Positions 1-8,717 are shown, numbered from the stretch's first letter. The stretch: 32,944 nucleotides of DNA from a virus (IMGVR_UViG_3300037424_000710:1-32944), one strand, 5' to 3'. Notes: generated from the sequence alone by a model not told the origin. Translations and numbers: made by a program.

Positions 1-106
1 CGCAAACACTCGTGATCATTTAATTCCGCGGAGTGCCGGCGGATCAAATAAGCGGGCGAATCTTTTTCCAAGCTGTCAGAGATGCAACTCGCTTCTTAGC
101 GATAAA

Positions 107-469
107 ATGTTCGACTCGATAGAAGCGAAGCGAAATTACGTGATGCACAAACTTTTTGGTGTCAAACTTAATAGCCAGCGCGACAAAAGCGATTTAAGCG
201 ACCGAAGTGTTCCTTTGGTCACACTGTCCGAGATCCTACGCGATACCCCAATAAATTCAAATGGAAAGGTGTCGGTGTCGGTTGAAAAGAGCAGTCAGAA
301 ACTATGGTGTGACGTATGTAAGCGCTCTATGAATAAACACCATCGCTTTAAATCCTGTCTTAGTAATTCTGCGTTTCAAGTTCTTAAGGCTGCTACCGTC
401 AAGCGAGTAAAAATTACGGATGACTATCAGGTTCTATCTTGTTGGAACGCCCATGGGGTAAGGGCTTAA
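107..469 (+). CDS. Hypothetical phage protein (one CxxC motif)
   Basis: 120-aa ORF with ATG start, co-oriented and 18 nt upstream of terS. Confidence 0.5.
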   Translation: MFDSIEAKRNYVMHKLFGVKLNSQRDKSDLSDRSVPLVTLSEILRDTPINSNGKVSVSVEKSSQKLWCDVCKRSMNKHHRFKSCLSNSAFQVLKAATVKRVKITDDYQVLSCWNAHGVRA

Positions 470-487
470 TCAACACGGGAATCAACA

Positions 488-946
488 TTGTTTGAGCCGG
501 GGAATAAGCTAGCGAAGGGCGGTAAGCGAAAGAATGCGGGCCGGCCACCGAAAGAGCCATCGGCAATTAAAAAGGCTGCGCGAGTCATTGCGCGTGAGTT
601 TATCGAAGAGCATGTGAAACCGGTGCTCAACAATTACCTCAAGCTGGCTGAAGGATATTATGAGACAAGGTTTTCAGAAAATGGGACGGAATACGAAATC
701 TTTGTTGCCGATGGCCCGACGACCCGCCATTTTATAGACAAGTTGCTTCCCGATGACAAATCGACGAACCAGCCTAGCGCGCTCACAATCAACTTCGTCA
801 GATTTGACAATACCCTACAAGTATCTCCCGCGAACCTACCAGTTGCCCTTCTGGCGGGCGATGCAAACGGAAAAGAATCGAGCGGTGTTAGTCTGGCATC
901 GCCGAGCGGGCAAGGACAAAACGGCATTAAATTTCACGATTTCTAA
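488..946 (+). CDS. terS: Terminase small subunit
   Basis: N-terminal FEPGNKLAKGG.R..AGRP motif typical of TerS; directly upstream of terL; TTG start; 3' part overlaps terL. Confidence 0.7.
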   Translation: MFEPGNKLAKGGKRKNAGRPPKEPSAIKKAARVIAREFIEEHVKPVLNNYLKLAEGYYETRFSENGTEYEIFVADGPTTRHFIDKLLPDDKSTNQPSALTINFVRFDNTLQVSPANLPVALLAGDANGKESSGVSLASPSGQGQNGIKFHDF

Positions 947-2114
947 AATGTTTCCCGAGAACGGCGGCCGGATCGGCACCTACTATCACTTCTTGCCTAC
1001 TTACAACCAGGGCAAGAAAATCCTTTGGGATGGCATGGACTATACCGGTTTCAAGTTCATGGATCATTTCCCTAAGCCTTTGATAGCTCATACGAGCGAA
1101 CAGGAAATGCAGGTGACGCTTACCAACGGCGCGATTTATCAAATTGTTGGCACCGACAAAATGGACAACATCGTCGGCACCAATCCTGTCGGCTGCGTGT
1201 TTTCTGAGTACGCTTTGCAGAATCCTAAAGCTTGGGACTTGTTCCGGCCGATTCTAACTGAGAATCACGGCTGGGCCATGTTCATCTACACGCCGCGGGG
1301 CCGCAATCATGGCAAGGTGCTCTATGACATGGCTATCAATAATCCTGACTGGTTTTGCGAGAAGCTCACGATCGACGACACGATGCGCGAGGATGGCACA
1401 CCGGTTATCACCAAGGCCGATATTGAGCGCGAGCGCCGCGAGGGCATGGATGAGGAGTTAATTCAGCAAGAATACTACTGCTCATTCGAAGGTTATCAGG
1501 AAGGCTCGTATTACGTGAAGCAGCTTCGCGAAGCACAGCCCCGCATTACAAGCGTGCCCTGGCAGCCCAGGCTGCCCGTAGCGACGTTTTGGGACTTGGG
1601 CATAGGCGATGCGACGGCGATTTGGTTTGCGCAGCGTGTGGGGCAAGAGATTCATTTAATCGACTATTACGAGACCAGCGGCGAGGGGATGAGCTACTAT
1701 GCCAAATATCTGAGCAGTAAGCCGTATCTGTACAGTGAGCATTATTTTCCGCATGACGGCGACGTGAAAGAGATCGGTACGGGCGTATCGCGCAAGGAAA
1801 CCGCGCAATCCCTTGGGCTGTTCCCGATTGAGATTGTCCCGCGGCTGGGTGTGGATGACGGTATCAACGCTGTTCGGCTGGTGTTTCCGCGTTGCTGGTT
1901 TGATAAAGAGAAGTGCCAGCAGGGTTTAAACGCATTGGCCAATTATCACAAGGTTAGGGATGAAGTGCGCCAGGAGTTCAAGGCCAAGCCCGAGCATGAC
2001 TGGTCGAGCCATGGTGCCGATGCGTTCCGTTACTTTGCCGTGAGCGTTGAAAATGCGTCTTGGAATAGTGATTACGGGGATGACGTGAAGGTAATCTCTA
2101 ACTACAATCATTGA
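753..2114 (+). CDS. terL: Terminase large subunit
   Basis: PRTYQ adenine-binding motif, Walker A HRRAGKD, Walker B GCVFSEY, coupling motif YTPRG, nuclease motifs WDLG and HDWSSHGADAFRY; start could be TTG 804. Confidence 0.95.
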   Translation: MTNRRTSLARSQSTSSDLTIPYKYLPRTYQLPFWRAMQTEKNRAVLVWHRRAGKDKTALNFTISKMFPENGGRIGTYYHFLPTYNQGKKILWDGMDYTGFKFMDHFPKPLIAHTSEQEMQVTLTNGAIYQIVGTDKMDNIVGTNPVGCVFSEYALQNPKAWDLFRPILTENHGWAMFIYTPRGRNHGKVLYDMAINNPDWFCEKLTIDDTMREDGTPVITKADIERERREGMDEELIQQEYYCSFEGYQEGSYYVKQLREAQPRITSVPWQPRLPVATFWDLGIGDATAIWFAQRVGQEIHLIDYYETSGEGMSYYAKYLSSKPYLYSEHYFPHDGDVKEIGTGVSRKETAQSLGLFPIEIVPRLGVDDGINAVRLVFPRCWFDKEKCQQGLNALANYHKVRDEVRQEFKAKPEHDWSSHGADAFRYFAVSVENASWNSDYGDDVKVISNYNH

Positions 2115-2124
2115 GGGGTGAACC

Positions 2125-2301
2125 ATGAGTTTCATAGCCGACCTATTCTCAGGCCCAAGCAAACCAAAAACAGTGAAGCCGCCGGCTACCGATACCAAGG
2201 GCGTGCAAGATGCCGCCGCTGAGGCCCGCAGGCGCGCGGCTGCTGCCAAGGGGCGCGCGTCTACCGATATCGTGGGGAGTAGGTTGGGGAATGTTGGCTA
2301 A
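2125..2301 (+). CDS. Small basic virion-associated protein (58 aa, MSFIADLFSGPSKPKTVKPP...GRASTDIVG), not in the ORF track
   Basis: GAGGGG RBS upstream, TAATG coupling to portal; Pro/Ala/Arg-rich small genes are usual just before podovirus portals. Confidence 0.7.
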   Translation: MSFIADLFSGPSKPKTVKPPATDTKGVQDAAAEARRRAAAAKGRASTDIVGSRLGNVG

Positions 2302-3950
2302 TGACCCGACCCGCCGAAATCTGCAAGCTTCACGAAACGCTGAAAACTCAGCGCGTGAACTTCGATAATACCTACCAGGAAATCATTGACCACATCGACC
2401 CGCATCACCGCGACGTGACTACGGAACGATCGCCGGGTGAGAAGAAAAACGCTCGGCAGTTCGACGGCACGGCGTTGTATGCCAGCGGGATATTTGCCGA
2501 CTTTTACCAGGGGAGCGTGTTCAATCAAGGGACCAAATGGTTTTCGATCCGTCATCGCAACGCTGAAGTAAACGAGAAGCAGGAGAACGCGGCTTGGCTC
2601 AATAAGACACGCGACACGGCCCTGCAAAACATGCGTTATTTCTACGGGCCTGGCGGTCAAGCGATCGGCTCGTGGGCGCTGTTTGGCAATGGGCCTGTGT
2701 TGATTGAGGAAGTACCCCAGCGCAAGGAATACCAGGCGCGAATCAAGTACACGTCGATCCCTTGGGGCCAGTACACCATGGCCGAGGGCGAGGACGGCAA
2801 GGTTGATAAGTTCCTTCGTGAGCTGAAGTTGCCGGCGCATCAACTGTATTCGATGTTTGGCGACAAGTGCTCGGATGATGTTATCAAAGCTGCTGACAAA
2901 GAGCCGCTAAAAGAGTTCAAGATCCTCCATTCCATCCTACCGCGCGACTTTCAAGCTTATTCGAAATCGGCCATCAAGACGAACAAAGAATACGATTGGG
3001 CGTCATGCTGGGTTGAAGTCGAGAAAAAGCGGTTGCTGAAGGAGTCCGGCTACCGTAAGTTTCCGGTGGCGCTGGCGCGTTACAAGCTCATCAGCGGCGA
3101 GGTTTATGCTCGTGGCTTGGGTGAAGTGGCCCTGGCGGACGCCAAGACGGCCAATCTCATGCGTGAGCTAACCTTGCTATGGGCTGGCCGGCAGTTAGAT
3201 CCGCCCCAACTCATCCGCCGTAATTCAATCATCAATGGGATTCTCAACATGCAGGCGAAGGGTAAAACCATCGTCAGCGATATTAATAACTCGGTGAAGT
3301 CCCTGATTGAAGCGAGCGATTTGCCCTCCTTCGAGCATCTCATGGACTTGATTGAAAAGCAGATTTTGCGCGTGTTTCACGTGGACGAGATTCTAAATCT
3401 GCTTTCTCACGAGTCGCCCCAGCTTACCGCTTTCGAAGTGAATGCGCGTCTGACCCTGCTACAGCAAATCCTTGGCCCGGTGTTTGGCCAAAACGATGTT
3501 GATTTCTTCTCAACCGTGATCGACGTGACGCTGGACAACCTGGCGCACATGGGGTTGCTGGACGAAGCGCCGGACGATATTGCGCAGTCCGGCGATAGGG
3601 ACGCGCTAGATTTCATCTACGAAGGCCCGCTGGCTCGAGCCCAGCGCAATCAAGAGCTCGTGAATATTCAGCAGAGCGTGGCCGATACTCAGGCGATTGT
3701 GGCGTTTGCGCCGGAAGAAAATCTACGTGTGGATTGGGGCAAGATGCATCAACGGGCTTATGAGATTAGAGGCACGCAAGAATTCCTATTGGATGACGGC
3801 GATTACAAAACCGCTGTCGATGAGGCACGCGCCAAGAAGAATGCCGAGACGCAGGCGGCACTTATAGCCGGCGCGGCTGAAGCAGGCGGCAAAATCGCTC
3901 CATTAATTAAAGTGGCGAGGGATAGCGTTGGTGGCCAAGCAGCCGCGTAA
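2301..3950 (+). CDS. Portal (head-to-tail connector) protein, T7 gp8/BPP-1-like
   Basis: 549 aa; motifs FDGTA, LFGNG, ESGYRKFP, GEVYARG, TAFEV..R, EGPLARAQR; position after terL. Confidence 0.92.
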   Translation: MTRPAEICKLHETLKTQRVNFDNTYQEIIDHIDPHHRDVTTERSPGEKKNARQFDGTALYASGIFADFYQGSVFNQGTKWFSIRHRNAEVNEKQENAAWLNKTRDTALQNMRYFYGPGGQAIGSWALFGNGPVLIEEVPQRKEYQARIKYTSIPWGQYTMAEGEDGKVDKFLRELKLPAHQLYSMFGDKCSDDVIKAADKEPLKEFKILHSILPRDFQAYSKSAIKTNKEYDWASCWVEVEKKRLLKESGYRKFPVALARYKLISGEVYARGLGEVALADAKTANLMRELTLLWAGRQLDPPQLIRRNSIINGILNMQAKGKTIVSDINNSVKSLIEASDLPSFEHLMDLIEKQILRVFHVDEILNLLSHESPQLTAFEVNARLTLLQQILGPVFGQNDVDFFSTVIDVTLDNLAHMGLLDEAPDDIAQSGDRDALDFIYEGPLARAQRNQELVNIQQSVADTQAIVAFAPEENLRVDWGKMHQRAYEIRGTQEFLLDDGDYKTAVDEARAKKNAETQAALIAGAAEAGGKIAPLIKVARDSVGGQAAA

Positions 3951-4176
3951 ACTAAAACCCCGCCCGACGTATCGACAGCACAGCGAGGCGGATACTTCTG
4001 CCACGATCAGGGCGGCAATACCGATCAATGGGATATTTATGGATTACCTAAGTGAAGTTGGCCAAGAGCGCGTTGAGGGTGCCAGTGAATTTGAGCGTGG
4101 AGTGTGCGAGGGGCGGCGCCGGTTGGCCGGTGATTTGATTGGTTACGCTTTGACGGACATACCAGCGGAGGGTTGA
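3931..4176 (+). CDS. Conserved small phage protein between portal and scaffold (Bbp19-like)
   Basis: FERGVCEGRRRLA resembles the F.EGRR motif of this family; synteny; TGATG coupling to the next gene. Confidence 0.6.
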   Translation: MAKQPRKLKPRPTYRQHSEADTSATIRAAIPINGIFMDYLSEVGQERVEGASEFERGVCEGRRRLAGDLIGYALTDIPAEG

Positions 4177-5015
4177 TGCCTTTATCCGAAGAACACGCCG
4201 CGTTGATACCTGAAGATATTCGCAGCGATCCAACGATCAGCGTCTTTAACGATGTTGGCTCGATCGCCAAGTCTTACGTCGAGTCGCGCAAGCTGATTGG
4301 CAACTCAATCCAACTGCCTGGCAAAGATAGCAAGCCCGAGGATGTGGACAGGTGGTCTGGCGAGACTTCAGCCAAGCTCAAAGATCATGGTCTTACGCTG
4401 GCCAAGCTCTCCGATGCGCCGCCGGAAAAGCCGGATGGATATGAGTTCACGATTGAAGGGGCTACGCCGGAGCAGATTAAGGGCGATAAGATTCTCGGCT
4501 CATTTCGTGAGAACGCGCACAAGATGGGGCTTAACAACGCGCAGGCGGCCCGGCTTGTTGAGTGGTACATGAAAGACGCCGTGCCCGGCCTTACGGCTGG
4601 CGCTGATAGAATCGAGATGGTTGAAGACGCCGCGCAGGTCGAGAAGGTTTTGGGCGACGTATTCAAGGGCGAAACCAAGCAAACCTTAGCCGCGCGTGAT
4701 CAAGCGGTAACGCTGCTCAAGTCTGAGATTCCCGAGCTTGCCGACTTCTTGGAAGGCACGGCGCCGTTCGGTAAGCCGTGGATGGCCAACAAGGATCATC
4801 CGGCAATGGTGAAGCTTTTGAAGTTTGTTGCTGAAGCCAAGCAACAGGACTTTGGCGGCAACATCGAAGGGCTGTCGGCTAGCGATACGGTTGACAGCGT
4901 TGACAGTCAGATTGCTGACATGCGAGCCAAAACGGATTTGAGTCCAGCGGAAATTGGTAAGCGTTTAGAACCGCTGTATAAAAAGAAAGCTTTTTTGATG
5001 AAGAAAGCGAGCTGA
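4176..5015 (+). CDS. Putative capsid scaffolding protein
   Basis: Motifs AKSYVE..KLIG, PEKPDGYE, AHKMGLNNAQA and HPAMVK; lies between portal and capsid. Confidence 0.75.
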   Translation: MPLSEEHAALIPEDIRSDPTISVFNDVGSIAKSYVESRKLIGNSIQLPGKDSKPEDVDRWSGETSAKLKDHGLTLAKLSDAPPEKPDGYEFTIEGATPEQIKGDKILGSFRENAHKMGLNNAQAARLVEWYMKDAVPGLTAGADRIEMVEDAAQVEKVLGDVFKGETKQTLAARDQAVTLLKSEIPELADFLEGTAPFGKPWMANKDHPAMVKLLKFVAEAKQQDFGGNIEGLSASDTVDSVDSQIADMRAKTDLSPAEIGKRLEPLYKKKAFLMKKAS

Positions 5016-5018
5016 TAA

Positions 5019-5195
5019 ATGGCCATCAAGAAAACAAAAGAACATGAAACTTTGTCGGTGTTTCGTTCAAAAGAGCATGAGCCAGACTTAGAGACTCAAG
5101 TTAAAGAGTTGGCCGACCGTGTTGGCCGCTTAGAGCGTGGCCAGCATCCGGCTAAGGTGGCGGCGCCACGAGAGGAGGTGAAGAGTGATGACTAA
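5019..5195 (+). CDS. Hypothetical 58-aa protein (MAIKKTKEHE...EEVKSDD), not in the ORF track
   Basis: ATG 3 nt after the scaffold stop; short coiled-coil-like LETQVKELADRVGRLE. Confidence 0.55.
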   Translation: MAIKKTKEHETLSVFRSKEHEPDLETQVKELADRVGRLERGQHPAKVAAPREEVKSDD

Positions 5196-5226
5196 GAAGA
5201 AGAAAAAGAAAAAACCCGGCTATTGA
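5188..5226 (+). CDS. Putative 12-aa poly-lysine micropeptide MTKKKKKKKPGY
   Basis: Strong GGAGGTGA Shine-Dalgarno at 5174-5181, ATG 5188, mixed AAG/AAA codons, TGA 5224-5226. Confidence 0.45.
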   Translation: MTKKKKKKKPGY

Positions 5227-5310
5227 GCTTTGCGCGGAGAGCGCGGCGTCAAATCAACTTTATGCGCGTTGATAATTGATGCACTAGATACGCGCTTTCC
5301 ACGGAGAGCT
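5226..5310 (+). ncRNA. Long nested RNA hairpin
   Basis: Nested pairings GGAGAGCGCG/CGCGCTTTCC, GCGTCAA/TTGATGC, ATCAAC/GTTGAT and AGCTTT/AGAGCT, with G-U wobbles on the + strand. Confidence 0.55.
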
Positions 5311-5331
5311 TAAAGCGACCGGGTAAAACGA

Positions 5332-5405
5332 GCGGGCGTAGTTTAAAGCACAGAACGCCGCGCAAGCGGAGGCTGAGGGTACAGAGTCGAAATCCTTCGC
5401 CCGCG
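5332..5405 (+). ncRNA. tRNA-like element lacking an anticodon loop
   Basis: GCGGGCG/CGCCCGC acceptor-like stem, TA linker, D-arm-like GTTT-AAAGCACA-GAAC, CCGC-GCAA-GCGG hairpin, GAGGG...TCGAAAT-CCTT T-arm-like part; no CCA. Confidence 0.55.
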
Positions 5406-5453
5406 CTCGTAGCCGAGATAAAAGAACCCGTTAAGGACTCTATAACTTTCCAA

Positions 5454-5601
5454 CTCCCGACAATCCGGCGCGTGGACCGGGAGATTATTCTTAGCGCCGC
5501 TAGCCTCGCGTAACGAGGTTAGGAGCGACCCGCCTTGCGGACAATCCTCCGAAAGGTCGCCGTGACCATCACGGCCATCATTCAATTTCGGAGGATAGTC
5601 A
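5454..5601 (+). promoter_or_regulatory. Structured 5' leader of the major capsid gene with an SD-sequestering stem
   Basis: ATCCTCCGAAA (5544-5554) is a perfect 11-bp complement of TTTCGGAGGAT (5586-5596, contains the SD); further hairpins at 5454-5483, 5501-5521 and 5559-5575. Confidence 0.6.
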
Positions 5602-6468
5602 ATGTCAATCGAACAACATCACGTACTCAAGTACGCCGACGATGTTCAACTCGCCTATCAGCAGATGGGAAGCCGTTTGCGCGATTGCGTCGAGGTGAAA
5701 TCAGGAATCATCGGCAAATCGTTTTCAACCAATGATATCGGTATCGTCGAGGCGCAAACCAAAGACAGCCGCCACGAGGTACACGCTCACCAAGACCCCG
5801 AACACACCGTAAGGTGGGGCAATCTCGTGTATTACTACAACTCGATCATGATGGATCGTGACGATGACGCGCGAGTGCTCGCTGACCCAAAGAACAAGTA
5901 TGTCACGGGCGCTGCCGCTTCGCTGGGCCGGCGTGCCGATCGCACCATCATCACCGCGCTACTCGGCACGGCGATCACGGGCGAGGCTCGCACCGGAACG
6001 CAGGCGCTTCCTACCGCGCAGAAAGTCACCGGCTCAACATCGGCGTTGACCAAAGCGAAGATCCTAACCGCCAAGCGTTTGCTGGACGAAGCCGAAGTGC
6101 CTGACGACGGGCGCTATTTCGCCATCAGCGCGCAGGGACTCGAAGATATGCTCGGTATCACCGAAGTGATTTCCAGCGATTACAACACCATCAAGGCGTT
6201 GGTCGATGGTCAGATCAATACTTGGCTGGGCTTCAATTGGAAGCGAACCGAGTTGTTACCCAAGGGTATCGTTACGACCAACGTTCGCCAAGGCATCGCT
6301 TGGCACAAGATGGCGTTGGAATTTGGCGAAACTACGGCGAGTCAGTACAGCCGCATCGCCAAACGTACCGACATGCACGATAGCTGGGAAACCTATGCCG
6401 CTGTCGATGTTGGCGCAGTGCGCAAGCGCGACAAGGGCGTGGTCGAAGTTCACTGGTTGGAAAGTTAA
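5602..6468 (+). CDS. Major capsid protein
   Basis: 288 aa; N-terminal YADDVQLAYQQMGSRLR and IKALVDGQINTWLGFNW, C-terminal GAVR..DKGVVEV, typical of this podovirus capsid family; GGAGG RBS. Confidence 0.9.
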   Translation: MSIEQHHVLKYADDVQLAYQQMGSRLRDCVEVKSGIIGKSFSTNDIGIVEAQTKDSRHEVHAHQDPEHTVRWGNLVYYYNSIMMDRDDDARVLADPKNKYVTGAAASLGRRADRTIITALLGTAITGEARTGTQALPTAQKVTGSTSALTKAKILTAKRLLDEAEVPDDGRYFAISAQGLEDMLGITEVISSDYNTIKALVDGQINTWLGFNWKRTELLPKGIVTTNVRQGIAWHKMALEFGETTASQYSRIAKRTDMHDSWETYAAVDVGAVRKRDKGVVEVHWLES

Positions 6469-6510
6469 TCACGAATCCCCATTGAGGATTCAGAAGGGAA
6501 GTAAACAAAC

Positions 6511-6993
6511 ATGGCAGTAGAAAATTTGAAATCAAGACAGATCATCGCAAGCGAACTCGGCGCCACGGTTCCTTCGTATATCGGCAACGGCCGGCTGCGA
6601 GCGATTCGCAGTTCAGCGCCGGTTGTTGGCTCTTACGGCGCGGGCGATGCCAACTCAACGATTGCGCTTTTGAAGATACCGGGCGGCAAGCTTACCCTGC
6701 TCGGCCATCTTTCGATTGTGCGTCACTCGGCGTTTGGCACCGCGCGCACCATGGATATCGGTTGGGATGCCTACACCAACATGGACGGCACTGCGGTTGC
6801 CGCCGATGAGGACGGCATTCACAGCGCCGCCGACGTTGCGGCGGCTGGCTCGTTCGTTCCGTTGGATGAGTTGGGCGTGTCGGCAATGAAGGTGTTCGAT
6901 AGCCTTGAGGGCGTGACCATCAGGGCGAAGGTTGAAGCCGATGCGTTGCTCACCGGCGAAACCTTGGACGTGGTTTTAGTGTTCATGGAATAG
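6511..6993 (+). CDS. Putative capsid cement/decoration protein
   Basis: 160 aa, beta-rich, immediately after the capsid gene. Confidence 0.55.
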   Translation: MAVENLKSRQIIASELGATVPSYIGNGRLRAIRSSAPVVGSYGAGDANSTIALLKIPGGKLTLLGHLSIVRHSAFGTARTMDIGWDAYTNMDGTAVAADEDGIHSAADVAAAGSFVPLDELGVSAMKVFDSLEGVTIRAKVEADALLTGETLDVVLVFME

Positions 6994-6995
6994 GT

Positions 6996-7583
6996 ATGTG
7001 GGAGCATCGCGGCATAAAGGGCAGCGGCGATGCTCCCTCTTATCTTGGCAAGTTCAAGGGTAATTTAATCATTATCGGCGGCGCGCGCTGCGTTTGGGAT
7101 GACTACACCAAGCTTACCAAGAGCGGGTTTCAGGGTTCGGTGATGGCGGTGAACGATATCGGTTTGTACTTCGACAAGATGCTCAATCATTGGGTGAGTA
7201 TGCACGCGAACTACCTTGTTCAATGGGTTGCGCTGCGCCGCGGTCATTCGATGCTGGGGCATGAGTGCTTGACACACACGCGCGAACCTCACGCCGGTAT
7301 CCGTGTGGCATGGGACATTCAGCCCTACGGCTGGACTAGCGGCACGTTTGCGGCACAGGTGGCCATCGCCCTCGGTTATGAATCAATCGTGCTTTGTGGC
7401 GTACCGCAGGATGGCATGGGGCGGTTTTTCGATCCGCCATGGATGCCGGGCGGTGAGCACGACGACAAGAACAGCAAGAAGGCGTTTCGCAATATCGTTG
7501 AGAATTGCCCGGAGTTGAAGCGTTGTGTCAGGTCAATGTCGGGATGGACAAAAGGGCTATTCGGTGAACCTGGAACAGATTGA
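6996..7583 (+). CDS. Glycosyltransferase-like protein (DUF115/Maf/GT29-like Rossmann fold)
   Basis: IIIGGA, VMAVND and SGTFAAQVAIALGYESIVLCGV follow this fold's pattern. Confidence 0.55.
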   Translation: MWEHRGIKGSGDAPSYLGKFKGNLIIIGGARCVWDDYTKLTKSGFQGSVMAVNDIGLYFDKMLNHWVSMHANYLVQWVALRRGHSMLGHECLTHTREPHAGIRVAWDIQPYGWTSGTFAAQVAIALGYESIVLCGVPQDGMGRFFDPPWMPGGEHDDKNSKKAFRNIVENCPELKRCVRSMSGWTKGLFGEPGTD

Positions 7584-8112
7584 ACGCGAAAAGTACGCGC
7601 GCATCTGGTCGCACAAAGAATATAGCGACAACTCGCCGGGTGAACGGCTGGTGCCGTATTTTCTGAAGCATGTTCCGTTTACGCCGGGTGATGATTTGAT
7701 CGACCTTGGCTGTGGCACGGGCCGCGCCGGCGCTGCGCTCGGGCGTGAAGGCTTACAAGTTTACTTGTTTGATCACGTCAACGCGGTTGAGTTCGGCATT
7801 CACTTGCCGTTCATCGAGGGCAATCTGTGGGAGCCGTTCGACCTGTTCGGTTTCGATTGGTTCTACTGCTGCGATGTCATGGAGCACATACCGCCTGAAA
7901 AGGTTGACCGTGTGTTGGATAACATCGCTGCGCTGGCCACTAAGGGCGGATTCTTTCAGATCGCTTTGTTTCCCGATGAATGGTTTGGCGAGGTGCTGCA
8001 CCTAACCGTTGAGTCGTCCGACTGGTGGACGAAGAAGCTACAAGCCCGCTGGCCAAAGGTAACGATAGACACGCCGGAAAAGCGGCGCATTGCGGCGATT
8101 GTGGGGTACTGA
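7564..8112 (+). CDS. Class I SAM-dependent methyltransferase
   Basis: Motif I LIDLGCGTG and CCDVMEHIP; GTG 7564 is the more likely start than ATG 7525. Confidence 0.85.
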   Translation: MNLEQIEREKYARIWSHKEYSDNSPGERLVPYFLKHVPFTPGDDLIDLGCGTGRAGAALGREGLQVYLFDHVNAVEFGIHLPFIEGNLWEPFDLFGFDWFYCCDVMEHIPPEKVDRVLDNIAALATKGGFFQIALFPDEWFGEVLHLTVESSDWWTKKLQARWPKVTIDTPEKRRIAAIVGY

Positions 8113-8717
8113 TGACCAACCAAAACGACCTATCCCTCGTCAACGCCGCGCTGAATCTCATCGGCGCCGATCGCGTCACGTCGCTGGACAACACGGTAAG
8201 CAGCAAGGTTATTCAGACCGCCAACCAGTTTTTACCGCTAGCCAAGCAAGAAACCTTGCGCGCTCGTGATTGGAATTGCGTAAGGGGCCGGGCCACGCTG
8301 AACACGCTGGACGCGGCTGTCTTGAGCTTGGGCGAGTGGTCGCAAGCTTACCGTTTGCCAACTGATTGTCTGTGCTTCCGTCACTTCGCGTCAACCTGCA
8401 CCGAGACGAAGCACGCTCAATACTCAGTCGAAATCGACGGCGATGATAAACGCACCTTGTTCACCAATTACGGCAACAATAAGGCCGTTTACACGCGCAA
8501 CATTACCGACGTGAACCGCTGGGATTCACTGTTGTTCAATGCCTGCGTGCTCAAGCTGGCGCATTACCTGGCCGGGCCGATCGTTCGTGACTTCAAGCTA
8601 CAACAAGCAATGTTGCAAACCTTGCAGGCGCAATTTGATGAGGCGTGCGGAGTGGATGAGGGCGAGGGGGGGCTTGATGTGCCTTATGACCGGACGTTGG
8701 TGAGTGTGAGGAGCTAA
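8112..8717 (+). CDS. Tail tubular protein A / head-tail adaptor (T7 gp11-like)
   Basis: VNAALNLIGA, LRARDWNC, YRLPTDCL, WDSLLF; ATG coupled to the upstream stop (TGATG). Confidence 0.8.
   Translation: MTNQNDLSLVNAALNLIGADRVTSLDNTVSSKVIQTANQFLPLAKQETLRARDWNCVRGRATLNTLDAAVLSLGEWSQAYRLPTDCLCFRHFASTCTETKHAQYSVEIDGDDKRTLFTNYGNNKAVYTRNITDVNRWDSLLFNACVLKLAHYLAGPIVRDFKLQQAMLQTLQAQFDEACGVDEGEGGLDVPYDRTLVSVRS

Noticed and set aside
468-487. AATCAACA direct repeat upstream of terS as a pac site
   Set aside because: Only two 8-bp copies and no supporting evidence
5332-5405. Functional tRNA gene or attachment site
   Set aside because: No 7-nt anticodon loop, abnormal T-loop, no CCA, and no integrase nearby
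6473-6491. Hairpin GAATCC...GGATTC after the capsid gene as a terminator
   Set aside because: Short stem with no U-tract; at most a stabilising hairpin
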